A stretch of 64,000 nucleotides of DNA from Thermoplasmata archaeon (GCA_038729465.1 JAVYRZ010000005.1:2970-66969), one strand, 5' to 3'; positions 27,891-36,970 are shown, counted from the first letter of the stretch. Notes: generated from the letters alone by a model not told the origin. Numbers and translations: made by a program.

Positions 27891-28803
27891 AAAAAAAAGT
27901 ATTGAAGAGCTCTTGAACTTTGGAGTCGTTTTTATAGATAAGCCTAAAGGACCTACAAGCCATCAGGTTAGCGCATGGGTAAAAAATATACTGCAGGTAT
28001 CTAAGGCAGGTCATGCAGGCACTCTGGATCCTAATGTGACGGGAATATTACCGGTCTCATTAAACAAAGCTACAAGAATTGTGAATTTTATACATTTAGA
28101 CTCTAAAGAATACATAGCGCTTATGCGTCTGCATAAGGATGTAGAGCCTCAGAATATCATGGCAGTAATGAACGATTTTCAAGGGGTTATATTTCAAACG
28201 CCGCCGGTCAGGGCGGCAGTGGCCAGAAGGCTCAGAAAACGAACAATATACAAAATCGATGTATTAGAGATTTCAAAGAGAGATGTGTTATTTAAGGTTA
28301 GCACTGAAGCAGGAACATATATCAGAACTCTTTGCGTGGACATTGGAGACGCTTTAGGAGTAGGCGCACATATGGAAGAGTTAAGAAGAACCAGAACAGG
28401 GATATTTGACGAGTCTATTTCTTGTACTTTACAGAATCTGTTAGATGGTCATTATTATTATTTGCAGGGCGATGACAGCTATCTGCGAAAATTGATACAT
28501 CCGGGAGAGGAGCTGGCGAGCAGTCTCCCAAAAATAATTGTGCGTGATCTTGCAGTTGATGCCCTGGCACATGGGTCCCCTTTATATTTCAAAGGAGTGA
28601 GTTCCTTAGAATCTAAATTTAATAAAGGAGAGTATGTATCATTGTATACTAAAAAGGAAGAATTGATCGGTGTGGGAATATCTGCAATAAACAGTGAAGA
28701 TTATCCAAAAATGAACAGTGGTATGATTGCCAAAATGAAAGAGGTCATTATTGAGCGTGGCATATATCCTTCATTCTGGAAAAAAAAGTACATTGAAAAA
28801 TAG
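27880..28803 (+). CDS. cbf5: H/ACA RNP pseudouridine synthase Cbf5 (TruB family, PUA domain)
   Basis: 307 aa with KPKGPTSHQVSAWVK...KAGHAGTLDPNVTGILPV (catalytic Asp motif), GTYIRTL, and a C-terminal PUA-like segment. Confidence 0.9.
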   Translation: MVTEKKSIEELLNFGVVFIDKPKGPTSHQVSAWVKNILQVSKAGHAGTLDPNVTGILPVSLNKATRIVNFIHLDSKEYIALMRLHKDVEPQNIMAVMNDFQGVIFQTPPVRAAVARRLRKRTIYKIDVLEISKRDVLFKVSTEAGTYIRTLCVDIGDALGVGAHMEELRRTRTGIFDESISCTLQNLLDGHYYYLQGDDSYLRKLIHPGEELASSLPKIIVRDLAVDALAHGSPLYFKGVSSLESKFNKGEYVSLYTKKEELIGVGISAINSEDYPKMNSGMIAKMKEVIIERGIYPSFWKKKYIEK

Positions 28804-28836
28804 AAAAAGTTATGAGTGTAAAGCAATTGTATTATT

Positions 28837-29712
28837 ATGGCATATGTTAGATGGCATGGGATTTATGCAATAAAAGACGGACTCGTTGTGGATAAAATTG
28901 AATATGAAAAAGAGAAATTACCAGAATATTTTCAAAAGCTCAGAAATGGCGAGTTCAATGATTTTATAAAGAAATATGTGGATTATAACGAAATACTGAA
29001 TACTGAAGAAGATATGAAACTCTTACAGCGGTCTTTATTAGAATTTGGAAAGCTGAGAATTAAGGAAGAAACACTTAAAGAAGAAGGAATTTTGCAAGCG
29101 ATATCAACATTGCAGGACCTGGACATATACACAAATTTTTTATTTGAGCATCTGTCAGAATGGTATGGCATATATACACTAAAAACTGATCGATCTGTGG
29201 ACGATACAATATCAAATATTATGGAAAATGTTGAGACTTTAATATCAAGAACAGAATACGATAAAAAAGCGCTATTATCTTTTTCAGAATTTGTTAAAAA
29301 CGCGATGGTGCTTAAATCTCAATTAGAAAATTATGTAGAAGCTACTATGGATCAAGTTGCACCGAATTTAAAGATTGTTGCAGGACCACTGATAGGTGCA
29401 CTGCTCATTTATCATGCGGGCAATCTTCAAAAACTGGCAAATATGCCAGCGAGCAAGTTGCAGGTTTTAGGCGCACAAACAGCCATGTTCAGGCATTTAA
29501 AAAAAGGGTCAAAGCCACCAAAGTACGGCATTTTATTCAAGCATCCGGCAGTACACAATGCACCGGCACCAAAACGTGGCAAAATAGCAAGAATGCTGAG
29601 CGGTAAGATATTAATTGCTGCAAAGATGGATTATTATGGAAATACCAATATTGGACCGGCTCTAAAAGATAAAATTAACAAGAGTGTAGATAGAATTTTA
29701 AAAACAGGTTAG
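28837..29712 (+). CDS. Nop5/Nop56/58-family C/D box RNP protein (short form)
   Basis: It has Nop-domain motifs APNLKIVAGPLIGALLIYHAGNLQKLANMPASKLQVLGA, LFRHLK-like MFRHLKKG.KPPKYG and KRGKIARMLSGKILIAAKMD. It is only 291 aa. Confidence 0.8.
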   Translation: MAYVRWHGIYAIKDGLVVDKIEYEKEKLPEYFQKLRNGEFNDFIKKYVDYNEILNTEEDMKLLQRSLLEFGKLRIKEETLKEEGILQAISTLQDLDIYTNFLFEHLSEWYGIYTLKTDRSVDDTISNIMENVETLISRTEYDKKALLSFSEFVKNAMVLKSQLENYVEATMDQVAPNLKIVAGPLIGALLIYHAGNLQKLANMPASKLQVLGAQTAMFRHLKKGSKPPKYGILFKHPAVHNAPAPKRGKIARMLSGKILIAAKMDYYGNTNIGPALKDKINKSVDRILKTG

Positions 29713-31202
29713 AGCTTATAGAAATTGTTGAGAATTAACTGATCCCTGTATTTTTCTCCTTTTATAGGAACAGGGTAAGTGCCTGTCAAGCAGCCCAGAC
29801 ATAGATCATTTTCATTTATTCCAATAGCTTTTACAAGTCCAGCTATGCTTAGATATCCTAAAGAATCGGCATTGATAATTTCTCTTATTTCTTCTACGGT
29901 CTTTCCAGATGCAATAAACTGGCTTCTGGTTTTCATATCTATTCCCAGGTAACAAGGTGCAATAATAGGTGGCGAGGCGATTCTAACATGAACTTTTTCT
30001 GCCCCTGCATTTTTTAACAATTTAACAATCTTCTTTGTTGTATTTCCACGAACAATGCTATCATCAATAAGCACTATTTTCTTGCCGTTAATCACTTCTT
30101 TTATAGGATTTAATTTCAGCTGAATTTCCTGTACTCTTTCTTTTTCTGAAGGCATAATAAACGTGCGATCTATATATCTGTTTTTCATCAATCCTTCAGC
30201 AAATGGAATGTTTGCTTCTTCTGCATATCCAAGTGCATGGGTCCTGCCAGAATCTGGTACAGGCACCACGATATCTGCATCTGCAGGATGCTCACGGGCC
30301 AGAAACTTGCCAAGGTTTTTGCGGACAGAATATATGTTTTTGCTGTTCATTGTGCTATCTGCTCTTGCAAAGTACACATACTCAAACATACAAAAAGCAG
30401 TCTGCACATTTTCTATTCTATAGTGCGTGATAGCCTCATCCGGCTCAATTTCTAAAATCTCTCCCGGATAGATGTCTCTTATTGTTTTTCCGCCCAAGGC
30501 ATCAAATACAACTGATTCTGACGCTATCCCATATCCACCATCAAGTTTACCAAGCACCAGCGGTCTAATCCCTAATGGATCTCTTATTGCAAATATTCTA
30601 TCATTTATCTGAAAAGCTAAAGAATATGAGCCTTTAAGATATCTCATGCTTTTCTTAATTCCATCTATAATATTTCCACGCTTTGTAGACTCTAAAGCTA
30701 TCAATTTTAAAATTAGCTCAGTATCAGATTCTGTAAAAAAAGAGTCTCCTGCTCTTTCTAGATATTCTCTAACATCTGCCGCATTTGAAATCTCGCCATT
30801 GTGAGCAATAGCCATATCTCCCATGGCAGTATGGATCATTATCGGTTGTGCGTTTGATATGATCGAAGATCCTGCAGTTGAGTATCTGACATGACCTATT
30901 CCACTGTTTCCAGATAACGAATCTAATAAATTTCGTGTAAAGACTTCATGTACCAGCCCCATACCCTTATACGTATAAACTTTATTATTATTATATAAAC
31001 TTATGCCGGCAGATTCTTGGCCTCTATGTTGCAAACTTCTTAATCCAAAATATAGTGATGATACTATACTACTGTGGCTCTTAAATCCCAAAACACCACA
31101 ATATTCAGTGCTTTTTCGCCCAATTATAGCTTCTGAGCCTTGGTGCGGGATAGCCACAGTGTGAGCACCTCTTTTCGTGGATATTGTATGCATGATATCC
31201 AC
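29709..31202 (-). CDS. purF: Amidophosphoribosyltransferase (PurF), start codon uncertain
   Basis: It has the Ntn-type CGVLGF nucleophile (Cys codon 31100-31098), GQESAGI, RYSTAG, the PRTase motif IVLIDDSIVRGNT, and C-terminal cysteines. Possible in-frame starts are GTG 31157, ATG 31193 and ATG 31202, all inside rpl37e. Confidence 0.9.
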   Translation of the reverse strand: MDIMHTISTKRGAHTVAIPHQGSEAIIGRKSTEYCGVLGFKSHSSIVSSLYFGLRSLQHRGQESAGISLYNNNKVYTYKGMGLVHEVFTRNLLDSLSGNSGIGHVRYSTAGSSIISNAQPIMIHTAMGDMAIAHNGEISNAADVREYLERAGDSFFTESDTELILKLIALESTKRGNIIDGIKKSMRYLKGSYSLAFQINDRIFAIRDPLGIRPLVLGKLDGGYGIASESVVFDALGGKTIRDIYPGEILEIEPDEAITHYRIENVQTAFCMFEYVYFARADSTMNSKNIYSVRKNLGKFLAREHPADADIVVPVPDSGRTHALGYAEEANIPFAEGLMKNRYIDRTFIMPSEKERVQEIQLKLNPIKEVINGKKIVLIDDSIVRGNTTKKIVKLLKNAGAEKVHVRIASPPIIAPCYLGIDMKTRSQFIASGKTVEEIREIINADSLGYLSIAGLVKAIGINENDLCLGCLTGTYPVPIKGEKYRDQLILNNFYKL

Positions 31203-31269
31203 ATCTTCTACATCTGATGTGTGTCTTACGGCTCCCGTGTTTACCTAATGCAGGAGTACCTGCTCCCAT
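31105..31269 (-). CDS. rpl37e: 50S ribosomal protein L37e (eL37)
   Basis: Own base-by-base translation gives MGAGTPALGKHGSRKTHIRCRRCGYHAYNIHEKRCSHCGYPAPRLRSYNWAKKH (54 aa, CxxC-x14-CxxC). GAGGTG lies 8 nt upstream. It sits immediately downstream of the Sm gene, the conserved archaeal Sm-L37e pair. It is not in the ORF track (<60 aa). Confidence 0.92.
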   Translation of the reverse strand: MGAGTPALGKHGSRKTHIRCRRCGYHAYNIHEKRCSHCGYPAPRLRSYNWAKKH

Positions 31270-31292
31270 AACTATTACACCTCTTAATTTAA

Positions 31293-31541
31293 TTATGATG
31301 GAGAAATATATATGACGTTATCTCCCCTAACTATTACTGTATTTAATATTCCTTTTGACTGGTTCTCAATAACTTCTTCTGCGTTTTTGAGTACGAGATT
31401 CATATGTTGATCATATCCATTTAACTGCCCTCTATATTCTTTACTTCCTTTGACAGAGATCAAAACATTTTTATTTAACGCATTCTGTAGTATTTGTAAT
31501 GGCTTTGCTGTATTATCCATATTGGGCATAAACCTAACCAT
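31293..31541 (-). CDS. Sm-like archaeal protein (SmAP/LSm)
   Basis: It has PLQILQNALNKNVLISVKGSKEYRGQLNGYDQHMNLVLKNAEE...TVIVRGDNVIYISP, giving Sm1 and Sm2 motifs. The likely true start is an internal Met (MPNMDN or MDN). Confidence 0.9.
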   Translation of the reverse strand: MVRFMPNMDNTAKPLQILQNALNKNVLISVKGSKEYRGQLNGYDQHMNLVLKNAEEVIENQSKGILNTVIVRGDNVIYISPS

Positions 31542-31739
31542 ATATTTAAACTTAACTTCAACCTATCTATACAAAAACTACGATATGGCATTGAGGTAAT
31601 CTTTGCAGGCATACACAAATGTAATTTAATAATGCGAATTACTGAAAAATAATACGTGACATGCATACAAAACCAAAAAATATAAGTAGTATCAAATCAT
31701 ACATTAAATACAAAAAAACAATCTTACGGAGGTACTAAT

Positions 31740-32021
31740 ATGGCAGAAATACAAAAAAGCAACGAAAATGTGGTATTTATTGGAAAGAAGCCAACTATGA
31801 ACTATGTTCTTGCAGTAATCACACAGTTTAAGACTGGTTCTAAACTGGTGGTTATAAAAGCAAGAGGCCGTACAATTGCTAAAGCTGTGGACATAGCTGA
31901 GATAGTTAAACATAGATTTTTACCAGATGTAAAATCTGAGGTAAAAATAGATACTGAAAAAGTAAAAAATGAAGATAGAGAGAGTAATGTATCTTCAATA
32001 GAAATAAGCATGAGAATGTGA
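31740..32021 (+). CDS. albA: Chromatin/RNA-binding protein Alba
   Basis: 93 aa with [49 protein letters not shown], the Alba (Sso10b) signature. Confidence 0.9.
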   Translation: MAEIQKSNENVVFIGKKPTMNYVLAVITQFKTGSKLVVIKARGRTIAKAVDIAEIVKHRFLPDVKSEVKIDTEKVKNEDRESNVSSIEISMRM

Positions 32022-32032
32022 AGTATCTCTAT

Positions 32033-32048
32033 CTCTTTTATTATTTTT
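32033..32048 (+). terminator. Oligo-T tract downstream of albA (archaeal-type terminator candidate)
   Basis: CTCTTTTATTATTTTT lies 12 nt after the albA stop. Confidence 0.35.
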
Positions 32049-32141
32049 AAACACGCAATAGTTTAACTTTTGAGCTTTATTTAAAAAAAGATTTATTCAA
32101 ATTAATTATTACAAAATTTTAAATCTATAAACTTATTTCTG

Positions 32142-32927
32142 TTGTCTGTGTCTATTAACAACTTAGATATGAAAAAATGGAAACAGTACGATGATATTAT
32201 CACAGACTCTCTCTGGTTATTTTCTTCCAGAGACAATTCTGGTGTCCATGACCCCAATTTTCATGGCAATTTCATACCACAGATTCCAAGGCAAGCAATT
32301 ATTAGATTTACAAAAAAGGGAGAGTGGGTTCTAGATCCTTTTATGGGAGCAGGCACTACATTAATAGAGGCAAAGTATCAAGGTAGAAATGCGATAGGTA
32401 TAGATATTAATGACCAAATCTTAGAAGTTGCAAAAGAAAAATTAAAAGAAATAAAATCTGACACAATTTCAGAAGTATTTAGTGCTGACTCTACCAATCC
32501 TGATACATATAATAAATTGAAAAAAATCAATAGCAGGTTCCAGTTATTGATGATTCATCCACCATATTGGGATATTATACATTTTACTACAAAAGTAATG
32601 GACTTGTCAAATTCTGCAACGTTAACTGAATTTTTAGATAGGATAGATATAGTGATAAAAAACACATATGATCTTCTGGATCCAGGAAGATACATGGTAT
32701 TTGTCATAGGTGACAAATATGAAAACGGAGCATTAGTTCCATTAAGCTACTATACATTGCAGATCATATTAAAGTATAATTATATTCTGAAGGGAATAGT
32801 TGTAAAAAATATTGAAGAAAACAGAGAAAAGCGTGGAAAGTACTCTTTATGGAGATATAGAGCCCTTAAAAGTGGCTATTTTGTGTTCAAGCATGAATAT
32901 ATATATTTTCTAAAAAAAGGAGATTGA
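32142..32927 (+). CDS. N4/N6-type methyltransferase (PF01555-like), orphan
   Basis: It has HGNFIPQIPRQAIIRFTKKGEWVLDPFMGAGTTLIEAKYQGRNAIGIDIN (SAM-binding FxGxG block) followed by MIHPPYWDI (a (D/N/S/H)PPY-like catalytic motif). The track start is a TTG. No nuclease gene is adjacent. Confidence 0.6.
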   Translation: MSVSINNLDMKKWKQYDDIITDSLWLFSSRDNSGVHDPNFHGNFIPQIPRQAIIRFTKKGEWVLDPFMGAGTTLIEAKYQGRNAIGIDINDQILEVAKEKLKEIKSDTISEVFSADSTNPDTYNKLKKINSRFQLLMIHPPYWDIIHFTTKVMDLSNSATLTEFLDRIDIVIKNTYDLLDPGRYMVFVIGDKYENGALVPLSYYTLQIILKYNYILKGIVVKNIEENREKRGKYSLWRYRALKSGYFVFKHEYIYFLKKGD

Positions 32928-34087
32928 TTATGCAAAAAAGAGGAATATCTGAGAAGGAGATAAAGAAGGAATTATTGAACTATTATAGTGAGAATTATAA
33001 ATATAGGGATGGCACCATTTTGAGTTCTATGAGCAGCGAACCTGAAAGCATAGCTGTTTGGGCAAATAGCAGGTTTATAGAATCAAATCTTGGAAACCCT
33101 TACTTATTTCCAGGGACAAAGAAAGTTGAGGAAAAAGTGATTAAAGGTATTGGAGAGTTGTTGCATAACAAAAATGCATATGGGAGAGTGCTTAGCGGCG
33201 GAACAGAATCAAATATTACCGCTTTATGGGCAGCTAAAAAGTTAAAAAAAGAGAAAAATACGGTAATAGTATCCAAGGCTGCGCATTTTTCAGTTGTTAA
33301 GGCTGCTGATTTGCTGAACCTGAACTTGGAAATAGTGCCTCTTACAGATAATTACGTTATTGACTATTCAATTGTCAAAGAGACCAATCCTGATGACGTT
33401 ATGGCAATCATCGGCATCGCTGGTACTACTGAGTACGGCACTGTAGACCCCATTGATAAACTGGCCGATTTTGCAAGAAAATATAACATTTTTTTGCATG
33501 TTGATGCAGCATTTGGTGGATTTATAATACCTTTCTTAAAGATGTTGGGATACAAGCTACCTAACTTTGATTTTGAGATAGAGGGTGTGAATTCTATATC
33601 AATAGATCCACATAAGATGGGGCTCAGCACCATAGGCGCTGGAGCATTGCTGTTCAAAGATAATTATTTTGATCTGATTAGTTTTTCCTCAGAGTATCTG
33701 ACCAGCAAGATAAGCACTACGTTACTTGGCACCAGAAGTAGTGGCAATGTTGCCGCTGCATACGCAGTAATGAGAAAAATGGGCATGGAAGGATATAAAA
33801 GAATGGTCAAGAATTGTTATCAAAATACGTTATATATGTACGACATGCTTCAGGAAAAAAACATTGATGTATTGTTAAAACCTGTTATGAACATTATAAA
33901 CATAAAAACAGAATCATCTGAGAAGATAGCTAACAGACTAAAACCAAAATGGATGGTGGGATACAACAAATATGATAATTTATTAAGAATTGTAGTTATG
34001 CCGCATATTACTAAGCCAATCATAAATGATTTTTTGAGAGATCTTGAAAGAGAAATGAGGAGGGTAGGATGGAAGAATACAACATAA
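32924..34087 (+). CDS. mfnA: PLP-dependent L-tyrosine/L-aspartate decarboxylase (MfnA family)
   Basis: 387 aa group II decarboxylase with GGTESNITALWAAKK, HVDAAFGGF and SIDPHKMG (PLP lysine). Confidence 0.85.
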   Translation: MIMQKRGISEKEIKKELLNYYSENYKYRDGTILSSMSSEPESIAVWANSRFIESNLGNPYLFPGTKKVEEKVIKGIGELLHNKNAYGRVLSGGTESNITALWAAKKLKKEKNTVIVSKAAHFSVVKAADLLNLNLEIVPLTDNYVIDYSIVKETNPDDVMAIIGIAGTTEYGTVDPIDKLADFARKYNIFLHVDAAFGGFIIPFLKMLGYKLPNFDFEIEGVNSISIDPHKMGLSTIGAGALLFKDNYFDLISFSSEYLTSKISTTLLGTRSSGNVAAAYAVMRKMGMEGYKRMVKNCYQNTLYMYDMLQEKNIDVLLKPVMNIINIKTESSEKIANRLKPKWMVGYNKYDNLLRIVVMPHITKPIINDFLRDLEREMRRVGWKNTT

Positions 34088-35055
34088 ACTGGAACGAAAT
34101 AAGAAAGATGCTTACAGATAAAAAGGTGAAAAAGATACTGATACAGTTGCCTGAAGGCTTAAAACAGTATTATTCATACATCACAGATCAATTGCAGGGG
34201 TTTGAGCTGGTGTTTTCTGGAGATCCTTGTTTTGGGGCCTGTGACATTCCAGATAATCGGTATGGATGTGACATGATCCTGCATTTTGGGCATTCTATTA
34301 TTCCTAACCTGAAGCTTAACGTACCTGTTTATTTTGTAGAGATGAGAGTAAAAATGGATATTGAATGGATCAAGGATCAACTCAATAAGATAAATTGCAA
34401 AAAAATAGGTTTGACGGCAACATTGCAATACATAGATATGTTGCCAGAGATCTCTGAGTTTCTATCGAAAAAGCATATTGATTCGTATATAGGAGATAGT
34501 GACCCACGAATCACTTACAATGGGCAGGTACTTGGTTGCAACTTCAGCTCTGTGCGAAGCATAGCAAAAAAAGTGGATTGCTATATCATACTAAGCAACG
34601 GTGATTTTCATGCCATTGGCATTGAGATGGTTACTGGCAAGAAAGTCTACATAATTGATCCTCTGATGAGAGAGATAAGAACTGTCACAGAAAAGGTTGA
34701 CAAGATTATTAGGCAGAGATATGCGGCCATAGGAATGGTAAAGAATGCGAGCACTTTTGCACTTATTGTTTCTACTAAAGCAGGTCAATTCAGAGGCAAA
34801 TATGCTGAGCATATAAAAAAAGTTCTTGAAGAGCAAGGCAAGAAAGCATATATAGTATACTTAAATCTGCTGGATCCAAATCAAATGCTGAATTATAATG
34901 TAGACGCATTTGTATCTTTTGCGTGTCCAAGGATTGCGATCGATGACTGGAACAGATTCAATAAGCCGATCATTACGCCAATAGAACTTGAAATTGCGAT
35001 TGGCATAAGAGATATCAGTCTCTTGAAATTTGACGAGATTGTAAATACAGATTAA
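34069..35055 (+). CDS. dph2: Diphthamide biosynthesis protein Dph2 (2-(3-amino-3-carboxypropyl)histidine synthase)
   Basis: 328 aa with KKILIQLPEGLK, GDPCFGACD and ...FVSFACPRIAIDD, the archaeal Dph2 pattern. Confidence 0.85.
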   Translation: MEEYNINWNEIRKMLTDKKVKKILIQLPEGLKQYYSYITDQLQGFELVFSGDPCFGACDIPDNRYGCDMILHFGHSIIPNLKLNVPVYFVEMRVKMDIEWIKDQLNKINCKKIGLTATLQYIDMLPEISEFLSKKHIDSYIGDSDPRITYNGQVLGCNFSSVRSIAKKVDCYIILSNGDFHAIGIEMVTGKKVYIIDPLMREIRTVTEKVDKIIRQRYAAIGMVKNASTFALIVSTKAGQFRGKYAEHIKKVLEEQGKKAYIVYLNLLDPNQMLNYNVDAFVSFACPRIAIDDWNRFNKPIITPIELEIAIGIRDISLLKFDEIVNTD

Positions 35056-35089
35056 TAAATTTAAATATCCCTATTATATTATATGGACA

Positions 35090-35704
35090 ATGATAAATTT
35101 AGGTGTGTTGATCTCTGGGCATGGAACTAATCTTCAGTCTATAATAGATGCCGTGAAAGCTGGCAAACTTAACTGCGAGATCAAGGTTGTAATATCCAAT
35201 AGAAAAGATGCCTATGGTTTAGAGCGTGCTAACATAAACAAAATCCCTGCTATTTATATTTCGCCAAAAAACAAGAGTGATGAAGAATTTGATGAATTAG
35301 TATTGAAAATTTTAGAAGAGCATAATGTAGATATAGTGGTACTTGCTGGATATTTAAAGATTTTAACTTCTAAATTTATAAGAAAATATGAAAATAAGAT
35401 TATAAACATTCATCCAGCGCTACTTCCGGCATTTGGAGGTAAGGGGTACTATGGTGAACATGTGCATGAGGCAGTGTTAAAAGCAGGATGTAAAGTTTCT
35501 GGCTGTACTGTGCACTTTGTAACCGAAGATATCGATGGGGGTCCTATAATTGCTCAAACTGCTGTAAATGTTTTGGATACAGATACGCCAAAAAGTCTGG
35601 CAGAACGAATATTGCCATATGAGCATGAAACTCTAATTTTCGCCCTTAAAAATCTCACTGAAAAAAAGTATATAATTAATGGAAAAAGAGTGATTTTTTT
35701 ATAA
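35090..35704 (+). CDS. purN: Phosphoribosylglycinamide formyltransferase (PurN)
   Basis: 204 aa with LGVLISGHGTNLQSIIDA, VVLAGYLKIL, INIHPALLPAFGG and SGCTVHFVTEDIDGGPII. Confidence 0.9.
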   Translation: MINLGVLISGHGTNLQSIIDAVKAGKLNCEIKVVISNRKDAYGLERANINKIPAIYISPKNKSDEEFDELVLKILEEHNVDIVVLAGYLKILTSKFIRKYENKIINIHPALLPAFGGKGYYGEHVHEAVLKAGCKVSGCTVHFVTEDIDGGPIIAQTAVNVLDTDTPKSLAERILPYEHETLIFALKNLTEKKYIINGKRVIFL

Positions 35705-35863
35705 AGCATCATATTTTTCTTGAAGTTCTGAGCTCAAATTTTCCAGCACTTCGTCTAAATTCTCGCTTTCTATGCTCACTACTTCTCCACTCTGCAACGT
35801 AATTCTTGCAATGAATATATCCCCGTCTCTTACCACTTCAACTTCAAACAGCTTTGTTGACAT
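35699..35863 (-). CDS. Small hypothetical protein (54 aa), HicB/UPF0150-like pattern
   Basis: Own translation gives MSTKLFEVEVVRDGDIFIARITLQSGEVVSIESENLDEVLENLSSELQEKYDAL. GGTGA lies 7-8 nt upstream of the ATG. It is not in the ORF track (<60 aa) and overlaps the purN stop convergently by 6 nt. Confidence 0.4.
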   Translation of the reverse strand: MSTKLFEVEVVRDGDIFIARITLQSGEVVSIESENLDEVLENLSSELQEKYDAL

Positions 35864-36039
35864 AAAAGTTCACCTTTTTTGTAATAGTTTCGGCATTTGT
35901 AATCTACTATTTAAAAATTTTTATTTTTTATACATCTATGAAACAATCTGAAAATTTAAAGTTAAATCATAATGTTTTTATTATGCAATAAAAATATAAT
36001 TATATAGAAAAATAGATATATTTGATAAAGTTATGAGGT

Positions 36040-36423
36040 TTGATTCAGATGAAAAGCAGTAGATTTATAGGCATAATTATTGCAATAGTACTAACATTGT
36101 TCGCAGTACTATTATTCTATTATCTTTTCGTATCCAACACAGATAAATTAGTTGCTGTAGTTTATATTGGTATACTGTCCTTAGTATTTTCTCTCATTGG
36201 TTATCTTTTATATGCTTTTATAGGCACAAACATAATATTAAAAAGCTTTGCATGGGCCTATTATATTTTTGGATTCGGCACGCTTTTTTATGCTAATACG
36301 GTAATAAAGTTCAGTTTTCCATATCTATTAATACTACTTTTTATTTTTGTAATTTCTCTAGTATTTATATACTGGAGGTTAAGGTCTTTGGAGAATGTTA
36401 AAAGAAGTCGAGGTGCAAAATAA
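36040..36423 (+). CDS. Small integral membrane protein (about 4 TM), hypothetical
   Basis: 127 aa with four long hydrophobic segments and a basic tail (RLRSLENVKRSRGAK). The likely true start is ATG 36049 (GAGGT upstream). It is the first gene of a compact four-gene cassette. Confidence 0.55.
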   Translation: MIQMKSSRFIGIIIAIVLTLFAVLLFYYLFVSNTDKLVAVVYIGILSLVFSLIGYLLYAFIGTNIILKSFAWAYYIFGFGTLFYANTVIKFSFPYLLILLFIFVISLVFIYWRLRSLENVKRSRGAK

Positions 36424-36955
36424 TATGGCAGATATAAGAGATCAGGTCGAAGATAGCAGAGGAGTTTTAAAGAAATTGCAGTTATTAATACCAGGATATT
36501 CAGGGTATAGGAGACTAGAAGATATAAGAGAAGCTGATAATTATCTTAGAATCCAGATTGCAAATAAAATGCATGAAAACATAAACAACCTTCAGGATTT
36601 AAGAAAAATGCTTGTGGACAGAGGATTATATGCCGGATTATCCCAGTTTCAAACACTTTTTTCTGAGATCCAGCAATTGGAAGGAGCGATAAGACATGCA
36701 CAGCAAGGATACTCGGGGATCTCGCCACCTATTAGAATTACGGCAGATAATCTTAATGCCATGTACGAATATGATTATAATTTTATAGCGCAAGCAGACA
36801 CCTTAAATAATGAAATAAAAGAACTTGTGAATGCGGTGATGAGTGGAAACTCTCAGGATAGCTATGCAAAGCTACAATCTGTATCTGGCGCTATAAAGGA
36901 TCTGAGAGATAAGTTTAATGAGAGAATGATAGTAATACAAGGTATAAAAGTATAA
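36395..36955 (+). CDS. All-helical / coiled-coil hypothetical protein
   Basis: The likely true start is ATG 36425 (MADIRDQVEDS..., GGTG upstream, 1 nt after the previous stop). It has heptad-like helical segments and no family I can name. Confidence 0.5.
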   Translation: MLKEVEVQNNMADIRDQVEDSRGVLKKLQLLIPGYSGYRRLEDIREADNYLRIQIANKMHENINNLQDLRKMLVDRGLYAGLSQFQTLFSEIQQLEGAIRHAQQGYSGISPPIRITADNLNAMYEYDYNFIAQADTLNNEIKELVNAVMSGNSQDSYAKLQSVSGAIKDLRDKFNERMIVIQGIKV

Positions 36956-36970
36956 ACGGAGGAATATATT

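Noticed and set aside
31542-31739. 198-bp spacer between the Sm gene and albA, examined for sRNA or repeats
   Set aside because: It is A/T-rich with no stable stems or box motifs, consistent with two divergent promoters.
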